Positions 42,798 through 54,105 of a stretch of 64,000 nucleotides of DNA are shown piece after piece. Origin of the DNA: an uncultured Gemmatimonadales bacterium (GTDB lineage: Bacteria; Gemmatimonadota; Gemmatimonadetes; Gemmatimonadales; Gemmatimonadaceae). The number at the start of each line of letters is the position of its first letter. Position 1 is the first letter of the stretch. The translations under genes were made by a program, and so were the position numbers. The notes under the pieces were generated by a model. It was not told the DNA's origin, did not search any database, and worked only from the letters and a program-made list of their open reading frames with translations. The stretch covers positions 96,001-160,000 of the forward strand of contig CAWBZV010000002.1 in assembly GCA_963793305.1 (NCBI GenBank). Reading direction: 5' to 3'.

Positions 42798-44328
42798 TCA
42801 GGAACCTTCGGGAACAACGGAGTCTTTCGGGAACAACGGGCTCCCTTTGTCGACGTGCCACCCGGTAGGGTCGAGTGCCGGCAACGCCGCGAACCGCTGC
42901 TCGTGGACCGACCCCGGCGCGCCCAGCTGCCGCCAGAGCTCCTCGCATTTCTGCGGCATGAACGGCGCGAGGTGCACCACTTGCCAGGCAATCGCCAGGA
43001 TCAGCGTCGCCAGCGTCTCTTCCAACGCCGCACGCTGATCGGGGTCCTTGGCCAACTTCCACGGCGCCGACTGGTCGACGTACTCGTTAGCGCGTGCCAC
43101 GTGGTCCCGCACGATGCGCAGCGCCTCGTGGGGTAGATATCCGCGCTCGCCGCCCATGCATGCGTGGTAGATACTATAGTCGGCTGTCTGGCGCGCCCGG
43201 GCGGGGACGACACCCGAGCAGTATCGGTCAACCATGGCAATGGTCCGACTGGCGAGATTCCCGAATGCATTGGCGAGATCGGAGACGTACACCGCGTCGA
43301 ACCGTTCCCAGGTGAACTCACCGTCTCCGTTGAACGGCACGTCGCGCATGAGATAGTAGCGACACGCGTCCGGCCCATGCCGGCCGACGATATCTCCAAG
43401 CTCGACTTTCACGCCGGCTGACTTACTGAGCTTGTCGCCACCCATGGTCACAAAGCCATGCGCCCACACGTGCTCGGGCAGGGCCACCCCAGCCGACTCC
43501 AGTATCGCCGGCCAAATGACACAGTGGAATCGTGTGATGTCTTTCCCAACAAAATGCACGGTGGCCGGCCAGCGTTTCTCGTAGCCAGGATCCGGGTACC
43601 CAGTGGCCGTGAGATAATTCATCAAGGCCTCGAACCACACGTACACCGTCTGCGCGACCCCATCGCTGGTCGGTCGCGGGAAGGGGATGCCCCACGCGAG
43701 TCTCGCCCGGCTGGCCGAGACGTCCTCGAGTCCCTGATCGAGCAAAGCCAGAATTTCGTTCTTGCGGATTTCCGGAAAAACAAAGTCCGGCTGACTCGCG
43801 AAGTGACGCCGCAAGAACTCGCCGTACCGACTCAGCCGAAAGAACCAGTTGCGCTCGGTGATCCACTCGAGCACGCGAGTGGGATGCAACTCGCATCGCC
43901 CGTCGATGATCTCGGCGTCAGTCTTGAACGCCTCGCACCCGACGCAATACCAGCCCTCGTACGATTTCTCGTAGAAGTCGTCGGGATTGCGCTCCAGGAT
44001 GCGCTCCAGGAGTGCCGTGACGCCGCGCCGATGCTGGGGACTGGTCGTCCGATAGAACACATCGCGCGAGATGCCAAGCCGATCCCAACTAGCGCTGAAG
44101 TGACCGGCAATCGTGTCGACTTGCTCTTGCGGCGTGACCCCGCGCGCGGCCGCGGCCTGCGCGACTTTCGTCCCGTGCTCATCCATGCCGATGAGGAAGT
44201 AGAACGTCGTCGCCGGCCAAGCGACGATAGCGCGCGAAGACGTTGGCGCCGATCTTCTCGACGGCGTGTCCTAGGTGGGGCTCTCCGTTCGCGTAGTCGA
44301 TCGCCGTGGTGAGGTACGTGCGCGCCAC
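42798..44328 (-). CDS. metG: Methionine--tRNA ligase (short form), interrupted by one extra base at ~44203
   Basis: GTG 44328 gives MARTYLTTAIDYANGEPHLGH (HIGH-type). Removing one base gives DDVYFLIGMDEHG; CVGC knuckle, KLSKS, YVDQSAPWKL; about 509 aa. Confidence 0.95.
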
Positions 44329-45434
44329 TATTCCGTCGGCGCCTCGTCGGTCGGTGGCGCACTCCCACCACCCTTCCCACGTCCACGACGCCCGCCCCGG
44401 CGACCCCGCCGCCGCTTCTTCGGCCCAGCCGTAGCCGCTGCCGGCTCCTCCTCGCTTGGAGGCGGGACAGGGGCCGGAGGCGGTACCACCAAGGCGGCGC
44501 GTGCCGCGATCGTCGCGGCATACGTCCCCGTATCCGGCAGGATCTCATCGATCTCGGCGAGCTCCGGTGCCTCGGCCGACACCGAGAGATCTGCCACGGC
44601 GTCGCCCCCATCGAGCTCGGCGCGGAACGCGGCAAGAGCAATCACCCGCGTCTCGCCCTCGGCCGAGCGCAGCATCACGCGCTCGTTGAAGATGTCGTTC
44701 GAGACGACCTTCTCCTCGCCCTTGGCGGTCGTGACGGTCTTGCCCTCTTTCGGGAATTTCTTGCGGCTGTGCACGTAGAACTCGTGCTCGTAGCGGAGAC
44801 AGCACATGAGTCGCCCGCACGCACCGGAGATCTGGCTGGGGTTGAGACTCAATCGCTGGTCCTTGGCCACGCCGAGATTGACCGGCCTCAATTCCGGCAG
44901 CCATGACGCCGAGCAGTACTGCCGCCCGCATCGCCCCACACCGTCGAGCCGCTTCGCCTCGTCCCGCACGCCAATCTGCTTCAGCTCGATGCGGGCCCGG
45001 AACAGCGACGCGAGATCCCGCACGAGATTGCGAAAATCAACCCGCTTCTCGGCCGTGAAATAAAACGTCAATTTCTTCTTATCCCACTGCCACTCGGCGT
45101 CCGACATCTTCATGACGAGCCCGTGGGCCTTCACTCGCTCGGCCCCTTTTCGGCGCGCCGATTCGTCCTGGCCCCGGACATCGCGCGCTTGGCGCACCTC
45201 GGCCGACGTGGCCACGCGGAGTGCGCGGCGGGGAGGGGGAGCCGCGCCGCAGCCATGCGCGCAGCCGACGCACCGCTTCTGCGCCAGCTCGCCGAGGGAA
45301 TGCACGGTGCCAAGATCCTCGCCCCGGTCGGCGTCGACGATGACCGCCGATTTGAGCGGCGGCGCTTCGTCGGCGTCCCAGGTGAAGAACTCTTTTCGAT
45401 TGCCTTTGAAGGCGACTTCTACGAGGTGCGGCAA
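44328..45434 (-). CDS. ricT: PSP1-domain regulatory Fe-S protein (RicT/YaaT family)
   Basis: FYFTAEKRVDFR, RIELKQIGVRDEAK, CGRQYC, ISGACGRLMCCLRYE. Confidence 0.92.
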   Translation of the reverse strand: MPHLVEVAFKGNRKEFFTWDADEAPPLKSAVIVDADRGEDLGTVHSLGELAQKRCVGCAHGCGAAPPPRRALRVATSAEVRQARDVRGQDESARRKGAERVKAHGLVMKMSDAEWQWDKKKLTFYFTAEKRVDFRNLVRDLASLFRARIELKQIGVRDEAKRLDGVGRCGRQYCSASWLPELRPVNLGVAKDQRLSLNPSQISGACGRLMCCLRYEHEFYVHSRKKFPKEGKTVTTAKGEEKVVSNDIFNERVMLRSAEGETRVIALAAFRAELDGGDAVADLSVSAEAPELAEIDEILPDTGTYAATIAARAALVVPPPAPVPPPSEEEPAAATAGPKKRRRGRRGGRRGRGKGGGSAPPTDEAPTE

Positions 45435-46409
45435 CTACGTCTCCGAGACTTGCCCCATCTTGAGGAACTTCTCCCGCCGGCGCCGCACAAGCTTGTCCGG
45501 CTTGAGGTTGCGCAGATCCTCCAAATTGCGGGTCAGTGCCTGCTGCACCGCTTTGGCTGCCGAGCCATGGTCGGTCTGCGCGCCGCCGGGCGGCTCCGGG
45601 ATAATCTCATCGATGACACGGAGCTCGAACAGGTCGGGCGCGGTGAGTCTCAGCGCGTCAGCCGCTCTTTCCCGCATCTCGGGACTCTTTCCGTCTTTCC
45701 ATAGAATAGCAGCGCATCCTTCGACCGTGATCACCGAGTACACGGCATTCTCGAGCATGAGCACCCGGTCGGCCACGCCAAGCGCCAAAGCGCCACCGGA
45801 TCCCCCCTCACCGATCACCGTGGCAATGATCGGGACTTCGAGGTCGCTCATCTCGAAGAGATTTCGCGCAATGGCCTCCGACTGCCCCCGCTCCTCCGCT
45901 CCCAATCCCGCCCAAGCGCCCGGCGTATCGATGAACGTCATCACGGGCACGCGGAATTTCTCGGCGATTTTCATGAGGCGAAGGGCCTTGCGATAGCCCT
46001 CCGGGTGGGGCATGCCGAAGTTGCGCCGGAGGTTTTCTTTCGTGTCCCGCCCGCGCTGGTGCCCGATGATCATGACGGTCTCGCCGTCCAACCGCGCCCA
46101 ACCCCCTATAATGGCCGCATCATCTCTGAACGCTCTATCACCGTGTAGTTCGATAAAATCGGTGAAGGCGAGCCGGATATAATCGGCCGTAAAGGGACGT
46201 TTGGAGCTACGCGCAACCTGCACGCGTTGCAGCGGCGTCAGGTTGCGATAGATCTCGACCCGGAGCTCGGTCAGTTTCTTTTCGAGTGGTGCGATTTCTT
46301 CCGTGACTTCGATCTGCTGCCCGCCGGAAATTCGCTTCAGCTCCTCGATTTGCCGTTCGAGCTCGGCGATCGGTCGCTCGAATTCCAGCGTGTTGGCGGT
46401 CGTGGCCAT
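45435..46409 (-). CDS. accA: Acetyl-CoA carboxylase carboxyltransferase subunit alpha
   Basis: [52 protein letters not shown] 46409. Confidence 0.97.
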   Translation of the reverse strand: MATTANTLEFERPIAELERQIEELKRISGGQQIEVTEEIAPLEKKLTELRVEIYRNLTPLQRVQVARSSKRPFTADYIRLAFTDFIELHGDRAFRDDAAIIGGWARLDGETVMIIGHQRGRDTKENLRRNFGMPHPEGYRKALRLMKIAEKFRVPVMTFIDTPGAWAGLGAEERGQSEAIARNLFEMSDLEVPIIATVIGEGGSGGALALGVADRVLMLENAVYSVITVEGCAAILWKDGKSPEMRERAADALRLTAPDLFELRVIDEIIPEPPGGAQTDHGSAAKAVQQALTRNLEDLRNLKPDKLVRRRREKFLKMGQVSET

Positions 46410-46414
46410 GGGAA

Positions 46415-49400
46415 TCAATTTCCCCGTACGAGACGCACGCGTTCGGATCCCAAGAGCGCGCGCAGTTCCGTGAGAGCCGCGGTGGACGCCGACAACGCCA
46501 TGCTGCGCGACCGGAGCCGCGCGCGAGTCCCGTTGCCGTCCGACCATCGCATTTCCAGCGGCGCCGTGCCCGGATGGGCATCAACCACCGCGCGGACGTC
46601 GGTCATGACTTCCGGCGGGAGCGTCGTGCCTGGTCCGAGGTCGATCGACACGACCATCTGACCATTACAACGCAACTCCGCCAACCGCTTGACCGTCTCG
46701 ACGATGAAGGTCGGGTTGTCGCCTCCCTGATCGCGTTTGCCGTAACTGCCTTCGAGGAGTACGGGCACATCCGGCTTGAGCCGATCCTGCAGCGCCGCCC
46801 ACGTCTCTGGGAAGACCAGTACCTCAGAAGATCCAGAAAAATCCTCGACTGTCAACCTGGCGAACTCCGCGCCGGAGCGCTTGCTCACCTGCCGTTTCAC
46901 GGCCGTAATCACGACCCCGAGCTTGATGCGCTCGGTCGACCAGACCCCCAGTTGGGCAACCTTATGGGTCGCAAATAGCTCGCACTCGGCCCGGTAGGGG
47001 TCCAGCGGGTGGCCGGACGTATAGAACCCGAGGATCTCCTTCTCCTTCGCCAAACGTTCGGTTTCCGAGTAGGGCGCGATATTCGCCAGCTTGAGTTGCT
47101 GTCGATCCATCGCCGGCGCCTCTCCGCCGAAGCTCCCGAACAGGCTCGCCTGGCCGCTGGCGACTTCGTCCTGCACGAAGGCCGCCTCGTTGATCGCGCG
47201 ATCGAGAGCATCGTGGTACTGCGCCCGGTGCCCCCCGAGCGAATCGAGTGCGCCAGCGTTGATCAGCGCCTCGAACACGCGCTTATTGCAGAGCCTGAGA
47301 TCCACCCGTTCAGCAAACTCGAAGAAATTCTTGAAGGATCCCTGCTTCCTGGCGGCCAGGATGCTATCGATGGCGCCCCGCCCCACATTCCGGATGGCGC
47401 CCAGCCCAAACCGGACCCGGTTTTCGCCGACGACGGTGAACCGATAACCCGATTCGTTGACGTCAGGCGGCAAGACATCGAGCCCGAGCTCACGGGCTTC
47501 GTTGATATACTTGACCACCGAGTCCGTGTCGCCGATCTGCGACGACAGCAACGCGGCCATGAAGTCGGCCGGATAGTGCGTCTTGAGCCAGGCCGTCTGG
47601 TACGACAGGATCGAGTAGGCGACCGAGTGGGATTTATTGAAACCATATCGGCCGAACGTCTCGATCTGCGCCGCGATCTCCTCGATGACCGGCCGCGGGT
47701 GACCCTTGGCAACCGCCTTCGAGATAAACTTGCCAAGCTCGGCCCGGATGAGCTCCGCGTCTTTCTTTCCCACGGCTTTGCGCAGCACGTCGGCTTCAGC
47801 CAGTGAGATCCCCGCCAGGACCTGCGCGATGCGCATGACCTGTTCCTGATAGGTGATCACACCGTACGTGGCCGAGAGAATGGGCTCGAGCTCGGGCAAC
47901 GCATACGTGACCGGCTCTTCGCCGCGCTTGCGTCGGATGTAGACCCGGTGCATGCCGGCGTCGAGAGGACCGGGCCGCATGAGCGCGTTCGACGCGACGA
48001 GATCGTCGAACCGATCGCACCGCATGCTGCGCAGGATGTCGGTGGCGAGCGGTGACTCGAACTGAAACACGCCCGATGTCCGGCCCGCGCGCAGCATCCG
48101 GTACGTCGGCTCGTCATCGAGCGGCAGCGTGTCGAGGTTGAGCGTCTGACCGGTGCGCTCGGCGATCGACGCGACCGCGTAGGTCAGAATGGTCAGCGTC
48201 GTCAGCCCGAGAAAATCCATCTTGAGCATGCCGGCCTTCTCGAGGGCCGTCATGTCGAACTGCGTCACGACGACGGTCTCGTCGCCGGCGCCCCCGGCGC
48301 CCTTCGTCGTCGTCGTGAAGATCGGGACGTATTCGTCGAGTGGACCTGGCGCGATGACGACGCCGGCCGCGTGCACGCCCGAGTGGCGCGAGAGCCCTTC
48401 GAGCGCGATCCCGTACTCGAGCAGCTGCCGATAGCGCTCGTCCTGCGCGTACAGCCGCTTCACTTCCGGGATCTGCTTGGTCGCCTCTCGGATCGTCAGC
48501 GAGTAGTTCGGCTGATTGGGGATCAGCTTGGCTAACGCATCCGTCTCGGCCGGCGTGAATCCCAGCGTTCGCCCAACGTCCTTGATGGCCGCCCGTGATT
48601 TCAGCGTTCCGAACGTGACGATCTGTCCGACGGAATCCCGTCCGTATTTCTGTCTCACGTAGTCGATGACTTCGCCGCGTCGCTCGAAGCAGAAGTCGAC
48701 GTCGATGTCGGGCATCGACACCCGATCCGGATTCAAGAACCGCTCGAACAGCAGGTCGAACACGAGCGGATCGATGTCCGTGATTCTCAGCGAGTACGCG
48801 ACCAATGACCCGGCCGCCGAACCTCTTCCCGGCCCCACGGGAATACCCCGATCCCGGGCTGCCTTGATGAAATCAGCGACGATCAAGAAATACCCGGCGT
48901 ACCCCGTCTTGGTGACCACGCCCAACTCGTAATCGAGTCGCTCCCGGACCGCCGCGGGCAACGGATCGCCGTATCGCTCTCTGGCGCCTTGCTCAGCAAG
49001 CCGCACCAGTAACTCGTTCTCGCTCGATACCTCGGGAGGAAGCGGGAACGACGGCAAATAGTATTTCTTGGCGAACGTGATATCGGCTTGGTCGGCGATC
49101 TTGAGCGTGTTCTCGAGAACATCGGGCCGGTCGGCAAAGTGGGCCGAGATTTCGGGCGCGGATTTGAAATAGAGCCCGCGGTCGTATCGCATCCGATCCG
49201 CATCGTCCCGATCCTTGCCCAGCCCGATGCAGAGGAGCACGTCGTGCGCGTCGTGATCCTCGCGCCGCAAAAAGTGCGAGTCATTCGTCGCGATGACCGG
49301 CAGACCGAGCTCAGCCGCAAGCGAAAAGACCCGCGTATTCAGCTCGCGCTGGCCTTCCGTGTCATGCGCCTGAACCTCCAGATAGTACCGGCCAGGGAAC

Positions 49401-49897
49401 GTCTCCGCGTACCACGTCGCGGCATCACGAGCCCCCGCGATGTTGCCGTTCAGAAGGTTGCTGGCGACCTCGCCAGCCATGCAGGCCGAGCTGACGATGA
49501 TGCCTTCGCTGAACTGTTTCAGTAGCTCCCTATCGACCCTGGGTTTGGTGTAGAACCCTTCCACATACCCGAGGGACGAGAGCTTGATGAGGTTCTTGTA
49601 GCCCGTGGCGTCACGGGCGAGGAGCACCAAATGGTAGTAGGGCTTTGCTCCAGGCGACTGGCGCTGGCGGGCACCGCGCGCGCCAGGCGCGACATACGCC
49701 TCCATCCCGATGATCGGCTTGAGGCCAGCTTTTTTCGCCTTTTCCTGGAATTCCCAGGCGGCGTGCATATTCCCGTGATCGGTGATCGCCAGCGCGGGCT
49801 GTTCGAATTCCAGCGCTCGCTCGATCAGATCGTCGATTCGGTTGGCCCCGTCGAGGAGGGAATACTCCGAATGGCAGTGGAGATGGACGAAAGACAT
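46415..49897 (-). CDS. dnaE: DNA polymerase III subunit alpha
   Basis: [52 protein letters not shown] fold. Confidence 0.99.
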   Translation of the reverse strand: MSFVHLHCHSEYSLLDGANRIDDLIERALEFEQPALAITDHGNMHAAWEFQEKAKKAGLKPIIGMEAYVAPGARGARQRQSPGAKPYYHLVLLARDATGYKNLIKLSSLGYVEGFYTKPRVDRELLKQFSEGIIVSSACMAGEVASNLLNGNIAGARDAATWYAETFPGRYYLEVQAHDTEGQRELNTRVFSLAAELGLPVIATNDSHFLRREDHDAHDVLLCIGLGKDRDDADRMRYDRGLYFKSAPEISAHFADRPDVLENTLKIADQADITFAKKYYLPSFPLPPEVSSENELLVRLAEQGARERYGDPLPAAVRERLDYELGVVTKTGYAGYFLIVADFIKAARDRGIPVGPGRGSAAGSLVAYSLRITDIDPLVFDLLFERFLNPDRVSMPDIDVDFCFERRGEVIDYVRQKYGRDSVGQIVTFGTLKSRAAIKDVGRTLGFTPAETDALAKLIPNQPNYSLTIREATKQIPEVKRLYAQDERYRQLLEYGIALEGLSRHSGVHAAGVVIAPGPLDEYVPIFTTTTKGAGGAGDETVVVTQFDMTALEKAGMLKMDFLGLTTLTILTYAVASIAERTGQTLNLDTLPLDDEPTYRMLRAGRTSGVFQFESPLATDILRSMRCDRFDDLVASNALMRPGPLDAGMHRVYIRRKRGEEPVTYALPELEPILSATYGVITYQEQVMRIAQVLAGISLAEADVLRKAVGKKDAELIRAELGKFISKAVAKGHPRPVIEEIAAQIETFGRYGFNKSHSVAYSILSYQTAWLKTHYPADFMAALLSSQIGDTDSVVKYINEARELGLDVLPPDVNESGYRFTVVGENRVRFGLGAIRNVGRGAIDSILAARKQGSFKNFFEFAERVDLRLCNKRVFEALINAGALDSLGGHRAQYHDALDRAINEAAFVQDEVASGQASLFGSFGGEAPAMDRQQLKLANIAPYSETERLAKEKEILGFYTSGHPLDPYRAECELFATHKVAQLGVWSTERIKLGVVITAVKRQVSKRSGAEFARLTVEDFSGSSEVLVFPETWAALQDRLKPDVPVLLEGSYGKRDQGGDNPTFIVETVKRLAELRCNGQMVVSIDLGPGTTLPPEVMTDVRAVVDAHPGTAPLEMRWSDGNGTRARLRSRSMALSASTAALTELRALLGSERVRLVRGN

Positions 49898-49914
49898 CAG
49901 ACTTTTATAATAGT

Positions 49915-51012
49915 ATGATCGGGACCGCCTGGCGTCTCTTAGGCCTCGTTGCCCTCCTTACTGTCGTGCTCGCTACGGGCACGCCCACCGGCCGCTACCT
50001 ACTCCGAGCGGCTTGGGAAGAAGGAAAGATCCTGGCGCACCGTCGGCCGATCACCAAAGTCATCGCGGATTCGTCGACTCCCCCGGCCACTCAGTCTCAA
50101 CTCCGGCTGGTCCTGGACGCCCGCGATTTCGCCCAACGCTTAGGGCTAGCCGCCAAGGGCAGCTTCACGACATACACGCGTGTTGATCACGACACTTTGG
50201 TCATGGTCCTCGGTGCTGCCTACCGAGACCAGCTCCGATCGTACACGTGGTGGTTTCCGATCGTCGGGAGTGTCCCCTACAAGGGATACTTCGACTTCCT
50301 GGCCGCCGAACGCGCTGCCGCGGCGCTCCGGCAGGAGGGATTCGACGCCTATGTCCGCCCAACCGCGGCATTCAGCACGTTGGGGTTTTTCAACGACCCC
50401 CTGCTGTCCTCATCACTCCATGATGACTCGGTGGGCTTGGCCAACACCGTCATCCACGAGTTGACCCACAACACGTACTACGCGCCCAATCAGGCAATTT
50501 TCAACGAATCATTCGCCAACTTCGTCGGCTCGCGCGGGGCCGAGGCATTCTTTCGCTCCCGCGGGGACTCCGCCGCTGCCGCCTTCGCGGCCGAGAGTTG
50601 GGCAGACGAGAAGGTCCTCGGCCGGTTCTGGACCGGCGTGTACGATCAACTCGACTCGGCCTTCCGCGCGCATCCCACCGACAAGAGTGCCCGGCTCGCC
50701 GCTCGGGACGTGATTTTCGCTCACACCAAGGAGCGGCTCGTGGACTCAGTCGGGCCACTGCTCAAGACCTACCCCCGAGAGGCGCTGGTCAGGGCGCGGC
50801 TCGACAACGCCGCGCTGCTGGCGCGCCGGGTCTACCACACGGACCTCGATCTCTTCGACAGCGTCTACGCGCTCTCGGGCAACGACTTAGGCGTAGCGGT
50901 CCGCCGCATCATTGCGGCGGCGCGCGAGCACAAGAACGACGGCTTCGAGGGACTACGGTCGCTCGTCGGCGCTGGGGCCGTAGGGAGTCGGCGGCAGGGA
51001 GACCCCAAGTAG
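49915..51012 (+). CDS. Putative exported zinc aminopeptidase
   Basis: WWFPIVGSVPYKGYF, AFSTLGFFNDP, HELTH...FNESFA zincin motif. Confidence 0.85.
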   Translation: MIGTAWRLLGLVALLTVVLATGTPTGRYLLRAAWEEGKILAHRRPITKVIADSSTPPATQSQLRLVLDARDFAQRLGLAAKGSFTTYTRVDHDTLVMVLGAAYRDQLRSYTWWFPIVGSVPYKGYFDFLAAERAAAALRQEGFDAYVRPTAAFSTLGFFNDPLLSSSLHDDSVGLANTVIHELTHNTYYAPNQAIFNESFANFVGSRGAEAFFRSRGDSAAAAFAAESWADEKVLGRFWTGVYDQLDSAFRAHPTDKSARLAARDVIFAHTKERLVDSVGPLLKTYPREALVRARLDNAALLARRVYHTDLDLFDSVYALSGNDLGVAVRRIIAAAREHKNDGFEGLRSLVGAGAVGSRRQGDPK

Positions 51013-51462
51013 CCGCAGGTACACGCCGAGCTGGGCCCGATGGTGGATGCCGTGGCTCAGCACCCGCAAGCGGAACGCTTCAATCTTCGGCTTGGTGTAG
51101 ATGGTGTGGCCGAACGCCTTGAACGTCCACGGCTGGGCGAGCATCGCGTCGTCCGCATTGCCCAGCATCTCTCGCGCGCGCTGGACGTTCGCGTCGAACG
51201 TCTCCAGCAGCTCGGCATTCGTCGACGCTTCGCGTCCCTTCGGCGGAACCTGCCCTGGGGTGCCATAGCTGAACTCGTCGCCCTCGAAGATCCACCGCGA
51301 GGAGCCCGGGATCTCGGCGAGGTGCATGGAGAGTCGTCCGAGCTTCATGGATTTCTCATGCGGGTGCCAATCCATCTGGCCTTCGGGGACGCGTTCCAAG
51401 AAGCGACGGGTTGTCGCCATCTCCGCTTCGAAATCGGCCAGCGCGAGGTCTTTGAGTGTCAT
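50953..51462 (-). CDS. DinB/YfiT-family protein
   Basis: WHPHEKSMKLGRLSMH, HGIHHRAQLGVYLRLLG. Confidence 0.9.
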   Translation of the reverse strand: MTLKDLALADFEAEMATTRRFLERVPEGQMDWHPHEKSMKLGRLSMHLAEIPGSSRWIFEGDEFSYGTPGQVPPKGREASTNAELLETFDANVQRAREMLGNADDAMLAQPWTFKAFGHTIYTKPKIEAFRLRVLSHGIHHRAQLGVYLRLLGVSLPPTPYGPSADERP

Positions 51463-53471
51463 GTGGTGAACCGGCTGCGCAGAGCGGCGCGCAAGTCGAG
51501 GTGAGTGCCGGCCGCCGATTCCGGCGCGCCGACGGGGCTCGCGGGTGACCCGACCACCAGGCGTTGCATGTGCTCGCGCACGCCGGCATCGAGAAACCGC
51601 GACAACTGGTCGATCGAATAGTCGCTGCCCCGGCGTGAGCTGTACACCTCCAACGGATAGGTCACAGCCAGGTGATTGCGCGCGCGGGTCAGCGCGACGT
51701 ACATGAGGCGCCGCTCCTCATCGGTTTCATCTTCATCGTTGAGCGCCCGCGCCGAGGGGAACCAACCGTCTACGGCCCAGATCAGGAAGACCGCATCCCA
51801 TTCTTTGCCCTTGGCCGAGTGCACCGTACTGAGAATCAGCGCGTCGTCCTCGCCATCGCTCCCTCCAGGGAGATCCTGTGTCGCTTGCGGGGGTTCCAAC
51901 GCCAGCGCCGAAAGAAACGCGGCTCTCGTGGGATACCCACCCGCAATGGTCTCCAACTGATCGAGGTCCGCCAGGCGAGGCTGCACTCGGTCGTATCGCT
52001 CTTTGAGAATATCGTCATACAGCTGCCGCACTCGGGCAATCTCGGCGCTCAGTGTCACGGGCGTCTCGGCCCGCCTGAGACTCTCCAGCAACGCGACGAG
52101 CGCCGCGTGTGCCGCCCTCGCGCGGGCCGGCGGCCGATACTGGGCAAACGCCGATGACTCCCAGGCCGCCTGTGCCATGGCCTCAATGGCTTGTCGCGCC
52201 GTCGCATCCCCAATGCCGGGCAACAGGAGCAGAATGCGATACCAGCTCACGTCGTCCCGCGGGTTTTCGAGAATGCGCAAGAATGCCAGGACGTCCTTCA
52301 CGTGGGCCGCTTCGAGAAACCGCAATCCTCCCCATTTCTCAAACGGAATCTTTCGATTCGTCAGCTCGATTTCGAGCGCCGCCGACATGTACCCGGCGCG
52401 AAACAAGACGGCCATCTCGCGCAGCGGTGTCCCGTCTTCGTGCAGCTCGAGGATGCGATCGCACACCCAGCGCGTTTGCTGCTCTTCGTCCCTCGCGGTC
52501 ACCAACGCTGGAGCCTCGCCGCCCACGCGTCTCGTCCACAGGGCCTTCGTATAGCGTTCCCGCGCCCGAGAGATCAGCGTGTTCGTGGTGTCGAGAATGG
52601 GCTGCGTCGAGCGGTAATTGCGTTCGAGCGTGAGGACCGTCGTGCCGGGGAATTGCGCGGGGAAATCCAGAATGTTCCGGAAATTCGCGCCGCGGAACGA
52701 ATAGATGCTCTGCGCGTCGTCCCCGACGACGGTGATATTGGAATGCGTGCGACACATCCCTCGCAGGATGCGCGACTGCAGCACATTGGTATCCTGGTAC
52801 TCGTCAACCAGAAGATGATCGTACAGGCCGGCGATCCGGAGGCCGATATCGCCCGGCGCCTCGAGGAGCGTCGCCCAGAATACGAGCAGGTCATCGTAGT
52901 CGACGAGGTTCCGTGCCGCCTTCCGCTCGATATAGTCCGCGTAAATCTTCGTGAAGTCGGGCACGTATTCGGCGAACTGCGGATACTCGCCCCCGAGGAT
53001 CTTGGCCAGCGGGATCTCGGTATTCACGTGCCGCGAGTAGACGTAGTGCAGCGTCTCCTTCTTGGGAAACCGCTTGCTCTTCTCGGCGTACCCGAGCTGA
53101 GCGCGCGACAGTTGCATCAAGTCTTCGGCGTCCGCTTGATCCATGATCGTGAAATCACTCGGTACGCCGCCCAGCGCACCAAACCGCCTGAGCAGTCGGT
53201 GCGCGGTCGCATGGAACGTCCCGCCGTGCACATGCCCGCCGGCCGCCCCCACCAGGCGTTCGACTCTGCCGAGCATCTCCTGCGCCGCGCGCCGCGTGAA
53301 CGTCAGCAGCAACATTCGCTCGGCCCGCGATCCGCGCTCGATCAAGTGCGCGACCCGGTGCACCAGTGTCCGCGTTTTCCCCGTACCGGCGCCCGCGATG
53401 ATCAAGAGCGGGCCGCCCTCGAACGTCGCCGCCTTCTGTTGCTCTTCGTTGAGCTCGACCGGCTCAGTCAA
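51459..53471 (-). CDS. UvrD/PcrA-family ATP-dependent DNA helicase
   Basis: AGAGTGKT, TFTRRAA, VDEYQD, GDDAQSIYSFRGA, NYRS, TVHSAKGKEW, YVALTRA. Confidence 0.95.
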   Translation of the reverse strand: MTEPVELNEEQQKAATFEGGPLLIIAGAGTGKTRTLVHRVAHLIERGSRAERMLLLTFTRRAAQEMLGRVERLVGAAGGHVHGGTFHATAHRLLRRFGALGGVPSDFTIMDQADAEDLMQLSRAQLGYAEKSKRFPKKETLHYVYSRHVNTEIPLAKILGGEYPQFAEYVPDFTKIYADYIERKAARNLVDYDDLLVFWATLLEAPGDIGLRIAGLYDHLLVDEYQDTNVLQSRILRGMCRTHSNITVVGDDAQSIYSFRGANFRNILDFPAQFPGTTVLTLERNYRSTQPILDTTNTLISRARERYTKALWTRRVGGEAPALVTARDEEQQTRWVCDRILELHEDGTPLREMAVLFRAGYMSAALEIELTNRKIPFEKWGGLRFLEAAHVKDVLAFLRILENPRDDVSWYRILLLLPGIGDATARQAIEAMAQAAWESSAFAQYRPPARARAAHAALVALLESLRRAETPVTLSAEIARVRQLYDDILKERYDRVQPRLADLDQLETIAGGYPTRAAFLSALALEPPQATQDLPGGSDGEDDALILSTVHSAKGKEWDAVFLIWAVDGWFPSARALNDEDETDEERRLMYVALTRARNHLAVTYPLEVYSSRRGSDYSIDQLSRFLDAGVREHMQRLVVGSPASPVGAPESAAGTHLDLRAALRSRFTT

Positions 53472-54105
53472 CGGGACAGAGCGCGAAGTGATCGGCGAAC
53501 GCGCTGGTGACCGCCGCGGCGGCGGTGGGGACGTCGACGCCGAGGTCAGGCCGTTCGCGAGCCATCGACGTCATATCGACTCCCTGGATCCCGCATGGCA
53601 CCATGAGGTCGAAATATGACAGGTTCGTCGTCACGTTGAGCGCGAACCCGTGCCAGGTGACCCACTGGCGCGCATGCACGCCGATCGACGCGATCTTTCG
53701 GTCACCGGCGGTCCACACCCCGGTCAGCCCGTCACGCCGCTTGGCAGCAATGCCGAACGCGCCGAGAGCGTCAATCAGCGTCGCTTCGAGCTCTCTCAAA
53801 TACCAGTGCAGATCAGGCTTATGCTGGGACAGATCGATGATCGGGTAACCGACCAACTGTCCCGGCCCGTGAAACGTGACATCCCCGCCGCGTTCGACTT
53901 CGAAGAGGTCGACGCCAGCGGGCAGTGGCGCCGTGACGTGCTGGGATTTCGCGGTGCGGCCGAGCGTGACGACCGGCGGGTGTTCGCACAGCAACAACTG
54001 GTCACCAATCGTGCCCTCGATCCGCGCCGCGGCCAGCTGGCGCTGGAGCGCGAGCGTCTCGGCGTATGGCGCGAGGCCAAGATTGGTGACTACCAACTCA
54101 CGCAT
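53464..54105 (-). CDS. lipB: Lipoyl(octanoyl) transferase
   Basis: EHPPVVTLG, RGGDVTFHGPGQLVGYPI, KIASIG, HGFALNV, PCGI; ATG 54105. Confidence 0.96.
   Translation of the reverse strand: MRELVVTNLGLAPYAETLALQRQLAAARIEGTIGDQLLLCEHPPVVTLGRTAKSQHVTAPLPAGVDLFEVERGGDVTFHGPGQLVGYPIIDLSQHKPDLHWYLRELEATLIDALGAFGIAAKRRDGLTGVWTAGDRKIASIGVHARQWVTWHGFALNVTTNLSYFDLMVPCGIQGVDMTSMARERPDLGVDVPTAAAAVTSAFADHFALCPVD

Noticed and set aside
42798..44328. metG as a pseudogene
   Set aside because: Essential enzyme with intact catalytic motifs; a single-base repair restores it, so a sequencing error is more likely.
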